Source: Bacteroidota bacterium (GTDB taxonomy: Bacteria > Bacteroidota > Bacteroidia > AKYH767-A > 2013-40CM-41-45). From it: a stretch of DNA of 64,000 nt. Within the stretch, counting starts at the first letter, position 1. Each line of letters begins with the position of its first letter. A model generated the notes under the pieces. That model saw only the letters and a list, made by a program, of their open reading frames with translations, had not been told where the DNA came from and ran no database searches. Shown here one piece after another: positions 29,226 to 39,388 of the stretch. The stretch covers positions 67,841-131,840 of the forward strand of contig JBJOMN010000010.1 in NCBI GenBank assembly GCA_046052345.1, in the 5' to 3' direction. A program made the translations under genes and the position numbers.

Positions 29226-29870
29226 ATGGAAACGACCAGGATTCACAACAAAGGCAGTAAGAAGCTTTTCGATAACAGGTTGCTGGAAGGTCTTACGCGC
29301 ACGCCCTTTTATGTGCCGGTGTCCCTTTACTACACCATAGGAGCGGTTACGCTGGGCTATGGCGTTTTTTCACCCGCTGTTCACTTCAGGAGTGTCTGGT
29401 GGATGTTTCCTTCAGGGATGTTCCTTTTCACCTTGGTGGAGTACTTCATACACCGTTTTCTGTTTCATTTCGAGGCAAGCACTCCTGCCGGTGAAAAGCT
29501 CAAATACCATATTCACGGAGTTCATCACGAATATCCGCGCGATAAGGACCGGCTCGTGATGCCGCCGGTGATGTCCATGGTCATATCCGGCGGTTTCCTC
29601 GCATTGTTCCGTTGGATGTTCGGTGATTCCGGGTGGTTGTTCTTCGGAGGCTTCGTATCCGGGTATTCCAATTACCTGATGGTGCATTATGCAGTTCATG
29701 CCTGGCGCCCGCCGTCCAATTTCCTTAGAATACTCTGGCAGCACCATGCCCTGCATCATTATTCCGACCCGGAGGGTGCCTTCGCGGTATCGTTTCCTTT
29801 GTGGGACCATGTTTTCGGCACCTTGCCGGGCGCACGAAAAACCCGTTCCGCCGCGCACGAAAACTCATAA
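29226..29870 (+). CDS. Sterol desaturase / fatty-acid hydroxylase superfamily membrane protein
   Basis: Four TM helices with histidine boxes HRFLFH, HGVHHEYP and HHALHHY. Confidence 0.7.
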   Translation: METTRIHNKGSKKLFDNRLLEGLTRTPFYVPVSLYYTIGAVTLGYGVFSPAVHFRSVWWMFPSGMFLFTLVEYFIHRFLFHFEASTPAGEKLKYHIHGVHHEYPRDKDRLVMPPVMSMVISGGFLALFRWMFGDSGWLFFGGFVSGYSNYLMVHYAVHAWRPPSNFLRILWQHHALHHYSDPEGAFAVSFPLWDHVFGTLPGARKTRSAAHENS

Positions 29871-29937
29871 ACAGGAGGACATTCCATGGCTGAAAACGTC
29901 GGGGTTTGCGTACTTTTAACCGACAAAATCAGCGGGT

Positions 29938-31425
29938 ATGAAGAAACTCCTAGTCGCCAACCGCGGCGAAATCGCTATCAGGGTCATGCGTTCCGCCCGG
30001 GAAATGGGCATCAGTACCGTCGCCGTGTTTTCGGAGGCGGACCGTAACGCGTTGCATGTCCGTTATGCCGATGAAGCCGTGCTGATCGGACCGGCACCTT
30101 CCTCGCAAAGCTATCTGGTGATGGACCGCATCCTTCAGGCGGCCAAGGATACGGGAGCCGACGCCATCCATCCCGGTTACGGGTTCCTTTCCGAAAATGC
30201 CGAATTCGCCGACCGTGTCAAGAAAGAAGGATTGGTCTTCGTCGGACCTTCCGGTGATTCCATGCGGCAGATGGGAAGCAAACTGGCAGCTAAGGCGACC
30301 GCTGAAAAACACAATATTCCGCTGGTTCCCGGAACGGCCAAAGCCATTGAAAGCGTCGAGGAGGGAAAAGAAATCGCCCTTAAAGTCGGCTTCCCTTTGC
30401 TCATCAAGGCTTCCGCCGGAGGAGGTGGAAAAGGCATGCGTATCGTACATGCCGTAGAGGAATTCGAAGAACAGATGCGTACAGCGGTCAGCGAAGCGAT
30501 CAGTTCCTTCGGTGACGGGGCAGTGTTCATTGAACGGTACGTCGCAGGTCCCCGCCATATTGAGATTCAGGTTCTGGGAGATACGCACGGGAACGTAGTC
30601 TATCTTTTCGAGCGGGAATGCAGTATCCAGCGTCGACACCAGAAACTCGTGGAAGAAGCTCCTTCTTCCGTACTCACTGCGGAAATCCGGGCTGCGATGG
30701 GAGAATGTGCGGTGCGTGTCGCCAAAGCGTGTAACTACGTCGGTGCCGGAACCGTGGAATTCCTGCTGGACGAGAAGCTTAATTTCTATTTTCTGGAGAT
30801 GAATACCCGTTTGCAGGTGGAGCATCCGGTCACCGAATACATCACCGGCCTCGATCTGGTAAAGGAACAGATCCGTGTGGCGCGCGGGGAGAAGCTGAGC
30901 TTTTCACAGGAGGACCTCCGTATCAACGGACATTCCATCGAAATCCGTGTCTGTGCAGAGGATCCGATGAATGACTTCCTGCCCGATATCGGTCGCCTGA
31001 ACACCTACCGTATTCCGCAAGGGCCTGGCGTTCGGGTTGATGACGCCTATGAGGAAGGAATGGACATCCCGATCTATTACGATCCGATGATCGCCAAGCT
31101 CATTGTGTACGGAAACGACCGCAAGGAGGCTATCGACCGGATGATCCGTGCCATCGACGATTATCATATCTCCGGTGTGAAAACGACCCTCGACTTCTGC
31201 CGGATGGTCATGAACCACGAGGCTTTTGTCTCGGGAAAATTCGATACGCATTTCGTGAAGAACCATTTCCGGCCTGAAATGCTCCTTTCTTCGGAAGATA
31301 AGGCGATGGAGGTGGCGGCCTTCCTGGCTGCAACGATGTTGAAACAGGGAACGGCTCCTGCCAAGGCGGCGAATGCAACTGAACACGGAAAATCGAACGC
31401 CTGGAAAAATAACCGTCTCGGCTGA
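29938..31425 (+). CDS. accC: Biotin carboxylase (acetyl-CoA carboxylase subunit AccC-type). No adjacent BCCP gene.
   Basis: MKKLLVANRGEIAIRV, an ATP-grasp domain (GGGGKGMRIV), and a biotin carboxylase C-domain (EMNTRLQVEHPVTE). Confidence 0.9.
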   Translation: MKKLLVANRGEIAIRVMRSAREMGISTVAVFSEADRNALHVRYADEAVLIGPAPSSQSYLVMDRILQAAKDTGADAIHPGYGFLSENAEFADRVKKEGLVFVGPSGDSMRQMGSKLAAKATAEKHNIPLVPGTAKAIESVEEGKEIALKVGFPLLIKASAGGGGKGMRIVHAVEEFEEQMRTAVSEAISSFGDGAVFIERYVAGPRHIEIQVLGDTHGNVVYLFERECSIQRRHQKLVEEAPSSVLTAEIRAAMGECAVRVAKACNYVGAGTVEFLLDEKLNFYFLEMNTRLQVEHPVTEYITGLDLVKEQIRVARGEKLSFSQEDLRINGHSIEIRVCAEDPMNDFLPDIGRLNTYRIPQGPGVRVDDAYEEGMDIPIYYDPMIAKLIVYGNDRKEAIDRMIRAIDDYHISGVKTTLDFCRMVMNHEAFVSGKFDTHFVKNHFRPEMLLSSEDKAMEVAAFLAATMLKQGTAPAKAANATEHGKSNAWKNNRLG

Positions 31426-31428
31426 ACG

Positions 31429-32055
31429 TTGCTACGTGAACTACCAATGTCCCGCCCTGCCTTCCTGATTTCCCTATTATACCTCCTGATGACCTCCCTG
31501 ACCGTCAGTTCGCAGGAACCGACTCCCGGCAAGGGTCCCTTCAGGTTGCCGTACATCGTCGAGGGCTCCGATACCATACCGGTCGTCAACCTTCAGGATG
31601 TGATGATTGTCGATGCGACATCTCCCGAATACCTGAAGAACCTTCAGGCCTATTACAGGCTTCGCTATAACGTGATAAAAGTCTATCCGTATGCGCGACT
31701 GGCAGCTCTGAAGGTGGACGAAATGAACCGTCAAATGTCCGGCATGAAGAACGATCGGGAAAAGAGACGCTATCGTAAAGAAGTAGAGGAACAGGTCCGG
31801 GAGGATTTCGAACAGACCGTGAAGAAACTGAGCATCAATCAGGGCAAGGTCCTCATCAAGCTCATCGACCGGGAGACCGGACGTACGTCCTATGACCTTA
31901 TCAAGAGCCTGAAAGGATCTTTCAATGCATTTTTCGCTCAGGGACTTGCGAAGATGTTCGGCCACGATCTCAAATCGGAATACGATCCCGAAGGGGAGGA
32001 CAAGACCATCGAGAACATCGTCCGGCAGATCGAGGCCGGTCAGATCACTTTTTGA
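31429..32055 (+). CDS. Secreted hypothetical protein (DUF4294-like)
   Basis: Signal peptide and a charged helical C-terminus. The family assignment is from memory and is weak. Confidence 0.4.
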   Translation: MLRELPMSRPAFLISLLYLLMTSLTVSSQEPTPGKGPFRLPYIVEGSDTIPVVNLQDVMIVDATSPEYLKNLQAYYRLRYNVIKVYPYARLAALKVDEMNRQMSGMKNDREKRRYRKEVEEQVREDFEQTVKKLSINQGKVLIKLIDRETGRTSYDLIKSLKGSFNAFFAQGLAKMFGHDLKSEYDPEGEDKTIENIVRQIEAGQITF

Positions 32056-32935
32056 ATTTCGGAGCTACCGTGAGGTCCTTTGAACCCGCGGTATACTTAT
32101 AGAATCCCTGACCTGATTTGACGCCGAGCTGTCCGGCGGTAACCATGTTGAACAGCAGCGGACAGGGAGCGTATTTCGGATTTCCGAATCCGTCGTGAAG
32201 GACATTCAATATCGAAAGGCAGACATCCAGTCCGATGAAATCAGCCAGCTGCAGCGGTCCCATGGGATGTGCCATTCCCAGTCGCATCACCGTGTCGATT
32301 TCTTCCACACCGGCGACTCCTTCATACAGCGAGCAGATCGCTTCGTTGATCATTGGCATCAGGATACGGTTGGCGACGAAGCCGGGATAGTCATTCACTT
32401 CCACAGGTACTTTCTCCAGCTTGCGGGATACTTCGAAAACGGTGGCAGTGACTGCGTCGGTAGTCGAATATCCGCGGATGACCTCCACCAGCTTCATGAC
32501 CGGTACCGGATTCATGAAATGCATACCGATGACGCTGCCGGGACGTTTGGTCTGCGCGGCTATGCGCGTTATCGAAATGGAGGAGGTGTTTGTCGCGAGT
32601 ATGGCGCCCTCGGGTGCATGGTCGTCCATGTCCCGGAAAATCTTGCATTTGAGGTCTGCGTTTTCCGTGGCGGCTTCCACCACCAGGTCTGCGTTTTTCA
32701 CACCTTCCTTCAGGTCGGAGGAGGTAGAAAGCCGGGCCATCGTTGCGTCCTTGTCAGCAGCCGTGATTTTCTCCTTCGCCACCATGCGGTCGAGGTTCTT
32801 AGCAATGGTGTCCATGGCATTCTTCAGTGCGCTGTCGGATACGTCCACCAAGGTGACACTGTAGCCGTATTGTGCGAATACGTGCGCAATGCCGTTTCCC
32901 ATGGTGCCTGCGCCGATGACGGTGATGTTCTTCAT
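32045..32935 (-). CDS. hbd: 3-hydroxybutyryl-CoA dehydrogenase
   Basis: NAD-binding VIGAGTMGNGIA, the 3HCDH N-domain and C-domain (LGMAHPMGPLQLADFIGLD). Confidence 0.85.
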   Translation of the reverse strand: MKNITVIGAGTMGNGIAHVFAQYGYSVTLVDVSDSALKNAMDTIAKNLDRMVAKEKITAADKDATMARLSTSSDLKEGVKNADLVVEAATENADLKCKIFRDMDDHAPEGAILATNTSSISITRIAAQTKRPGSVIGMHFMNPVPVMKLVEVIRGYSTTDAVTATVFEVSRKLEKVPVEVNDYPGFVANRILMPMINEAICSLYEGVAGVEEIDTVMRLGMAHPMGPLQLADFIGLDVCLSILNVLHDGFGNPKYAPCPLLFNMVTAGQLGVKSGQGFYKYTAGSKDLTVAPKFKK

Positions 32936-32954
32936 TTACGTTAAGAGGTTATGG

Positions 32955-34370
32955 TTATTTTCCTTTATGTCGTACGATGATGAGTACGGTATAGAACATG
33001 ATCTTGAAATCGACGGCCAGGCTCATGTTCTCGATGTAGATGAGGTCGTATTTGAGACGTTCTACCATCTGTTCGACATTCTCCGCGTAGCCGAACTTCA
33101 CTTGTCCCCAGGAAGTGATGCCCGGCCGTACCTTGTGAAGGTGGCGGTAGTGAGGCGCCTGCTGCATGATCTGGTCGATGAAGTATTGTCGTTCAGGACG
33201 CGGTCCGACGATCGACATGTCGCCGATGAGTACGTTCCAGAACTGGGGGATCTCGTCCAGGCGGATCTTACGCATCCATTTTCCGAAAGGCGTCATGCGA
33301 GGATCGTCCTTGGAAGACAGTTGAGGGCCGGCCTTTTCCGCATCGGTGCGCATCGAGCGGAACTTGTAGATCCTGAAAGGACGTCCGTGCCAGCCGATCC
33401 GTTCGTGACTGTAGAAAACCGGTCCCGGGGAGGAGAGCTTAACACCGATCGCAGTGAAAAGGTAGAGCGGGAAGAATACGACCAGCACCATCATCGAAAG
33501 AAAGATGTCCATGATCCGTTTGATGCTTTGCTGCCAGGCGGGCATCAGGTCCGGAGAGATCTCGATAAGGGGCGCGCCGAAAATGGCGTTCATCTTCACG
33601 GAACCCGAAAGGATGTCGTACATGTCGGGGATGATCCGTACGATGACCGGCATGTCCTCCAGGGCGTTCAGTACTTTACCGATGCTCAGGTGCTCGGAGG
33701 ATTCCAACGCGATGATGGCCTCTTCCAGACGCTGCTCACGGATTATTTGCGGAAGATCGGGAACACCTCCCAGGTTCTTCAAGTGCGGCGCCAGCAGATG
33801 ATCGTTATTACCGTCCACATGCACGAATCCTACGAAGCGGTGTCCTTCGGAACGGAATTCCGAATTCATCTGATTAAGTAGTTCAAGCGCTTTCTGGTTA
33901 CTCCCGATCAGGATGGTGTTGAACCCGATCCTGCCCGCTTTAAGGTCGTGAATGACCTTGGTCGAAAGCACTACCCGAAGGGAGGCTGTGCAGCAGAAAT
34001 GAAGGGTGAAAAGGGTGAAAAAGGTGTTGTAATAGGTGCGGTACGAGATAACTGTATCATCGAGCAGCAACGCGAAGAAGATGATCAGCACACCGATCAG
34101 CGTCAACAGCAGGGTCTGCGCAAGTTCCCGCAGACGGCTTTTACGGTATACGTTCCGGTAAGCACCGGCGAGCGAATAGAACAGCACCCATAGTGCAGGC
34201 AGCGCCAGAAGCCCGTTGATGAAGGTCTTGTCACCTGCAATGACCTCATAGTCGAACGGCACACCCTCTACGTTGGTCTTCCGGTAGATGAAGAACAGCC
34301 CCCACGCCGCGACTGCTGCGAACCAGTCGCAAAAGACGAAAATAAAAGTGTAGAGCCCCCGCTTCATCAA
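32955..34370 (-). CDS. Exopolysaccharide polyprenyl glycosylphosphotransferase (WbaP/WcaJ family sugar transferase)
   Basis: N-terminal TM helices, a CoA-binding-like middle domain, and a complete C-terminal Bac_transf domain (KRIMDIFLS...PGPVFYSHERIGWHGRPFRIYKFRSM...DEIPQFWNVLIGDMSIVGPRP). Confidence 0.85.
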   Translation of the reverse strand: MMKRGLYTFIFVFCDWFAAVAAWGLFFIYRKTNVEGVPFDYEVIAGDKTFINGLLALPALWVLFYSLAGAYRNVYRKSRLRELAQTLLLTLIGVLIIFFALLLDDTVISYRTYYNTFFTLFTLHFCCTASLRVVLSTKVIHDLKAGRIGFNTILIGSNQKALELLNQMNSEFRSEGHRFVGFVHVDGNNDHLLAPHLKNLGGVPDLPQIIREQRLEEAIIALESSEHLSIGKVLNALEDMPVIVRIIPDMYDILSGSVKMNAIFGAPLIEISPDLMPAWQQSIKRIMDIFLSMMVLVVFFPLYLFTAIGVKLSSPGPVFYSHERIGWHGRPFRIYKFRSMRTDAEKAGPQLSSKDDPRMTPFGKWMRKIRLDEIPQFWNVLIGDMSIVGPRPERQYFIDQIMQQAPHYRHLHKVRPGITSWGQVKFGYAENVEQMVERLKYDLIYIENMSLAVDFKIMFYTVLIIVRHKGK

Positions 34371-35251
34371 TACAGGACTTTAAGGTTATCGAAATAAAGA
34401 TCGGCGGATGCCATGCCGGAGGGAAGTTCGGAACGCAGGAAGATCTTATAATTAATGATGTTCGGTCCGATGACCCCAAGGTCCCGCAGGTTGAGGAAGA
34501 TCTTCTTCCATACCGGTGTGGCGCGTACGTTCACCAGATAACTGCGGTTCACTCCGCCGCTGTTGGTGAAGAACACGCCTACCGTGAATTCAGTATCCCC
34601 CTTGTAATTCAGTTCGACGTAGGGCGTAGAGGTGGGAGGAAAAACGAGCGGAAGGTCGCTCGCTACTTCGAAGATTGGCTGGTTGGAGTCGAGGGTAGTC
34701 TTTCCCGATGCGCCTTCAAATGCATTCGTATCTCCCTGTGCAGTCAGGATGAGGTAAGCGTTATCAACCGAGGTGTTCACCAGACTCAGGCTTCCATCGT
34801 CGAAATCCTCCATCTGACAGAAGACATCGTTGTTGTAATAACGTACTACGGGACGGATCGGAACGGTGACATTCTCTTTCAGGTCGATGGTCGTATCCCA
34901 GGTGGCGAGTTTCATATAGGCCGACCGTGTCGCGGAAACACCGTTTTCATTGATGCCGGCACGGACGCTGATCTTATGGATTCCGGTAGCCAGCACGGGA
35001 AAGGTTACAGGATTCTCGAAAGTGCCGAGGTAGTCGTTGTCGACGTACACCCAGGAATCTCGATAAAGATGTTTGCTGCTCCCTTGGGTCTGGTAATCCG
35101 TCTCGAAACGAATACTGTCGATGCTGACATATCCAGGTACCTGTTCGGGACGGTCTTCGAAGAGGTCGCAGCCTGTTACGAAGTACATCACGAAGATGAC
35201 CGCTGCATAAAGTTTTCGGTGAGGCAGGTAACCGGGTCTGTTGAAAGTCAT
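34367..35251 (-). CDS. Hypothetical lipoprotein, co-transcribed with the sugar transferase
   Basis: Lipobox VTGC. The body is beta-rich. There is a 4-nt overlap with the downstream gene. Confidence 0.45.
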   Translation of the reverse strand: MTFNRPGYLPHRKLYAAVIFVMYFVTGCDLFEDRPEQVPGYVSIDSIRFETDYQTQGSSKHLYRDSWVYVDNDYLGTFENPVTFPVLATGIHKISVRAGINENGVSATRSAYMKLATWDTTIDLKENVTVPIRPVVRYYNNDVFCQMEDFDDGSLSLVNTSVDNAYLILTAQGDTNAFEGASGKTTLDSNQPIFEVASDLPLVFPPTSTPYVELNYKGDTEFTVGVFFTNSGGVNRSYLVNVRATPVWKKIFLNLRDLGVIGPNIINYKIFLRSELPSGMASADLYFDNLKVLY

Positions 35252-36234
35252 GCCAGGATGTTCAGCGAGGCGTTGATTTTCTCGTTCACCAGGTGGGCTA
35301 CCTGAAGCGCCGCAAGTCCGTCTTCCACCGGTACGGGAGTCGGTTGGTCGTTCATGATCGCATCGGCGAAAAGGTCCAGTTCCGTTCCGATAGCGTTCGA
35401 ATCCGGTACCGCCGGCTGGTCGAAATAGATGAGCTTCTTTCCTTTTCCGGGTCCCAGATCGATGGCGACGTCCAGCGGACCCGGTTCCGTATCCAGGTTC
35501 TTGAGACGTACGATTTCCGTCTTCTTCTTGAAGAAATCGACGGAAACATAAGCGTCACGCTGGAAGAAACGGGTCTTACGCATGTTCTTCAGAGAAATGC
35601 GGCTGGCCGTAAGGTTCGCCACACAGCCGTTGGAGAACTCGATACGTGCGTTCGCGATGTCGGGTGTATCGCTCACTACGGCTACACCGCTGGCGCTGAT
35701 CTTACGGATGTCGGAGCGCACGGTGCTCAGTACGATGTCGATATCGTGGATCATCAGGTCGTGTACCACGGAGACATCTGTTCCGCGCGGATTGAACTCC
35801 GCCAGACGATGGGTTTCTATGAAGAGGGGATTATGGAGGTAGGGGCGGGCTGCAAGGAAGGCGGGATTGAAGCGTTCCACGTGTCCGACCTGTGCCTTGA
35901 TGCGTGCTTCATTGACCAGCGAAACGAGCTTTCGGGCTTCTTCGACCGTATGGGTGACGGGCTTCTCCAGGAAAATGTGCCGCGTCGCCCTCACGGCCTT
36001 CTGCGCATAATCGAAATGAGAGATGGTCGGGGTGACGATATCAATCGCGTCCACGGCATCCAGAAGGTCCTCGGCGCGGTCGAAAGCGAGTATTCCCAGT
36101 TCTTCGGCTACCCGGGCGGCATTCTCGGCGTCGGCGTCGAAAAAGCCGATCAGCCTGAATTTCGCGCTGTCTTTCAGCAGCCGGAGGTGAATCTTACCCA
36201 GATGTCCTGCGCCAATGACGCCGATATTGACCAT
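35248..36234 (-). CDS. Gfo/Idh/MocA family oxidoreductase
   Basis: N-terminal Rossmann GVIGAGHLG, a GFO_IDH_MocA N-domain and a C-terminal alpha/beta domain. Confidence 0.8.
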   Translation of the reverse strand: MVNIGVIGAGHLGKIHLRLLKDSAKFRLIGFFDADAENAARVAEELGILAFDRAEDLLDAVDAIDIVTPTISHFDYAQKAVRATRHIFLEKPVTHTVEEARKLVSLVNEARIKAQVGHVERFNPAFLAARPYLHNPLFIETHRLAEFNPRGTDVSVVHDLMIHDIDIVLSTVRSDIRKISASGVAVVSDTPDIANARIEFSNGCVANLTASRISLKNMRKTRFFQRDAYVSVDFFKKKTEIVRLKNLDTEPGPLDVAIDLGPGKGKKLIYFDQPAVPDSNAIGTELDLFADAIMNDQPTPVPVEDGLAALQVAHLVNEKINASLNILA

Positions 36235-36381
36235 TTCTGAAGGGGTGAAAGAAGGAACGCGAAGGTAGCAATTAGGAGGCTGTTAATAAAGTCGAAAAAA
36301 GCGGTTTAAACGTCATTTTGTTCATTATTTGCCCGTTTTGAGACAGCTTTTGAGCACGATACGGAGTTTCTTTGTAAACGT

Positions 36382-37038
36382 ATGAACATGCTGCGAAAAG
36401 AAGACGGCCCCAAGCACCAGGGCTTGCGAAGGAAGTTGATCGAGGAACTGAGGACGAGGGAGCCCTACGATGCTGCCGTATTGAACGCGATGGCAGAGAT
36501 ACCGCGGCATTTCTTCCTGGATCCTGTTTTTGTTACACAGGCTTACTCTGATACCGCCTTCCAGATCGGAGCAGGGCAGACGATTTCTCATCCTTCCACC
36601 GTCGCGTATCAGACCACCCACTTGCAGGTCCGTAAAGGCGACAAGGTGATGGAGATCGGTACAGGCAGCGGCTACCAGACGTGTGTGCTGCTGAAGCTCG
36701 GTGCCAAAGTCTATTCCGTGGAACGCCAGCGGGAGCTCTATGAGACCACCTCCAAATTCCTTCCCTCCATCGGCTTTCAGCCGAAGCTGTTCTACGGCGA
36801 CGGCTACAAGGGCTTACCGGCGTTCGCGCCCTTCGACCGCATACTGGTGACATGCGGAGCGCCCTTCGTGCCGGAGGACCTTTTGAAGCAGCTCAAGGTA
36901 GGCGGTATCCTGATGATTCCGGTAGGTGAGGGAAAAGTACAGACCATGACACGTATTACCCGTACCGGTGAATCGGATTTTACCACGGAGAAACTGAAGG
37001 AGTTCAGCTTCGTGCCGATGCTGGGGGACAGGGTGTAG
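36382..37038 (+). CDS. pcm: Protein-L-isoaspartate O-methyltransferase
   Basis: SAM motifs VMEIGTGSGYQT; the family pattern ...GQTISHPSTVA...DGY.G. Confidence 0.85.
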   Translation: MNMLRKEDGPKHQGLRRKLIEELRTREPYDAAVLNAMAEIPRHFFLDPVFVTQAYSDTAFQIGAGQTISHPSTVAYQTTHLQVRKGDKVMEIGTGSGYQTCVLLKLGAKVYSVERQRELYETTSKFLPSIGFQPKLFYGDGYKGLPAFAPFDRILVTCGAPFVPEDLLKQLKVGGILMIPVGEGKVQTMTRITRTGESDFTTEKLKEFSFVPMLGDRV

Positions 37039-37171
37039 ACCGATATACTTCCGGTTTTAATGTGAACCAGGCAGGCTCATCACACCAGGTATTTTAATTA
37101 CTCTTTTACCTTTCACGAAGTTGTAAACGGACGGAGATTTCGGGATTCAACTCTCAAATGTCCGTACAGGC

Positions 37172-37209
37172 AAAAAAAAAGCGACTGCCATAGGGACAGT
37201 CGCTTTTAC
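37172..37209. terminator. Bidirectional rho-independent terminator between pcm (+) and the SusC/D operon (-)
   Basis: An A9 tract, stem gcgactg/cagtcgc, then ttttac. Confidence 0.55.
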
Positions 37210-37231
37210 AAAATCCGGTATCAAGAAGTAC

Positions 37232-37876
37232 TTACTGCTTGATAAATGTGCGGAACTGGGTTCCGAAGCCTGAAGCCGATACTATGTATTTCACAGTAAA
37301 GGGATTCGAACTCAGGATTGTTTCATTGGTACATTCCAAGTGAAGACCGAAGGCCGTCTGTTCAGGAATATCAAACGAGGTCGTATCGGGAGTGACCATA
37401 TAGGCCGGATAGACCGCCGTTGAACCGGCAAAATTGTCCATCACATACAACCCGTTGTCTATCTTGACCACATTGTTGACGATACCGTTTGTACGCACCC
37501 AGGTCCCGGAAATATCGAAGTTAGGATCCAGATTAGCGGGCGGAGTGTAGTCTTTCACCAATACGGTACGAACCACCTCCGTCTTGAAGCCGTTTGCGTT
37601 ACTGGCGATATAACGTACAGCATAGATGCCCTCGGTGGTGGCATCGATCTCATTCACGGTAGCAGAAATATCAGAAACAGCACCGGTCACGTCATCGGTC
37701 AGTGTAGCGCCATCGTCGGTAAAGGTACCGTTCACGGGAATATGCACGATCGCAGGCCCCTTGAGGGTAATAGTAGGATAGGTCACATCCACGACCTTGG
37801 AAACGGGATCCGGATCCTTGTTGCAGCCGATAGCCAGGACTGCCACGGCGAATATCAGGGATATATTTCTTTTCAT
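37232..37876 (-). CDS. PUL-associated surface lipoprotein, hypothetical (Ig-like)
   Basis: Lipobox AIGC. It sits immediately downstream of susD in the same operon. The body is beta-rich. Confidence 0.5.
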   Translation of the reverse strand: MKRNISLIFAVAVLAIGCNKDPDPVSKVVDVTYPTITLKGPAIVHIPVNGTFTDDGATLTDDVTGAVSDISATVNEIDATTEGIYAVRYIASNANGFKTEVVRTVLVKDYTPPANLDPNFDISGTWVRTNGIVNNVVKIDNGLYVMDNFAGSTAVYPAYMVTPDTTSFDIPEQTAFGLHLECTNETILSSNPFTVKYIVSASGFGTQFRTFIKQ

Positions 37877-37916
37877 GGTTTAGGGTTTGTTTGGTTGAGA
37901 ATATTCGGTGTGATGA

Positions 37917-39371
37917 TCAATTGACATCCCACCATACACGGTCATAGATGAGTTTCTGACCGGGGAAACTTTGATTACGGGTGACTTCCGAGTTCGGATA
38001 CAGGAACCTGGCAGGGAACCTGCCTGAGCCTATGATTGAATTCTCGGATACCGTAAAGAAATCCGGATAACTGGTTCTCCGCCAATCGTTCCATGCCTCG
38101 TTGTTCTGGGTGCCGGAAAGAGCAACCCATTTCTGCGTAATGATGGCCTTGAGCTTGAGGCTGTCTGCGGACGGGAAGGCTACGCTTGGTTGAGCAAGGA
38201 AATTGGCTGCTGAATCAGGAATTTGCATGGCATTGAAGCTTGCAGTGATGGCCGCTTCATAAAGTGCCTGCGGGGCATCCGCAATCCATCCCCTTTGAGC
38301 GGCTTCGGCCTGCAGGAAAAGGCTTTCATAGCCGGTCATGAGTCGCACGGGGGCCAGAGCTGATGAAGGATCGTCACCGTATCCACCGGTAAAAGCTGAA
38401 GGCAGTGAAGCGGGTGTGTTGACGGCTGTATCGTAGGCGCCCTGCAGGATACCAGCATAGGTACCATTAGAGGCGATGGTGTAAAGTACCTCTACACGGG
38501 GGTCATTGGTGCTGAGCATGTAATTGATGCAGGTGGCGCTTCCCACGAGATTCTGAGTGCTGCTAAGATCAATGATCGATGAGTAGAGGGGATTGGTGTT
38601 GCCGCCGACAGCGAAATAATTGACTATGATGTCTTCTCCGTCGCCAAGGAACTGTGCCCCGGCTGCACTGAGTTCGCCGATTCCGTTTTGGGCCAGGCCG
38701 GGGTTTACCTCGGAAAGCCGCATATAAACACGCAGCAACAGGGTGTTACCGAACTTGCGCCAACCGCTCATGTCACCATGCAGCAGCAGATCTTCGGTTC
38801 CGGGTGCGAATGCGGATTCATCGATTAAAGCGTCTGCATCTTTGAGCAATTTGATAATTCCGGTGTATACTTCTTCCTGAGTGTCATAGGCGGGGAAGAG
38901 CACCTCTCCGTTCAATGCTTGCGAGAAAGGAATGTCTCCGAAATTATCAGTCAGTGTCTGGAAGCAATATGCCTGCAATATCTTCGATACTGCGACATAA
39001 TTCACGTATCCGCCTTCCTTGGCTTCCGCCTCGATGGTCACCAGGTCCTCAAGCGCATCCGCATACAATAACTTCCAGGAGCGGTCAAAATCGCTCGACG
39101 ATGGACTGTACTGTTCGAAGGTCTTATACTGGGATGAGGCAGGATTCTGTGTCCAGACCTGGCCCCACAATCCACCGTAAATCTGATAGTCAGCTCCCAT
39201 CACAAGTGCAATGGCAGCTTCTGCAGAAGGCAGCAGCTCTTTGATGCTGGCATTGGATGGAGAATTCGGATTGTCGTTTATGTCAAAGTACTCCTTAGAG
39301 CAAGAACTGGCGAAAAGGAGAAATGCGATCACCAGCGCCCCGGAGAGTTTTGAAGGATGATATCTTTTCAT
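37917..39371 (-). CDS. susD: SusD/RagB-family nutrient-binding outer-membrane lipoprotein
   Basis: Lipobox ASSC, TPR-like helical content and C-terminal SusD-like motifs (QKWVALSGTQNNEAWNDWRRTSYP). Confidence 0.85.
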   Translation of the reverse strand: MKRYHPSKLSGALVIAFLLFASSCSKEYFDINDNPNSPSNASIKELLPSAEAAIALVMGADYQIYGGLWGQVWTQNPASSQYKTFEQYSPSSSDFDRSWKLLYADALEDLVTIEAEAKEGGYVNYVAVSKILQAYCFQTLTDNFGDIPFSQALNGEVLFPAYDTQEEVYTGIIKLLKDADALIDESAFAPGTEDLLLHGDMSGWRKFGNTLLLRVYMRLSEVNPGLAQNGIGELSAAGAQFLGDGEDIIVNYFAVGGNTNPLYSSIIDLSSTQNLVGSATCINYMLSTNDPRVEVLYTIASNGTYAGILQGAYDTAVNTPASLPSAFTGGYGDDPSSALAPVRLMTGYESLFLQAEAAQRGWIADAPQALYEAAITASFNAMQIPDSAANFLAQPSVAFPSADSLKLKAIITQKWVALSGTQNNEAWNDWRRTSYPDFFTVSENSIIGSGRFPARFLYPNSEVTRNQSFPGQKLIYDRVWWDVN

Positions 39372-39388
39372 GAGTTGAGTGTTTCTGG

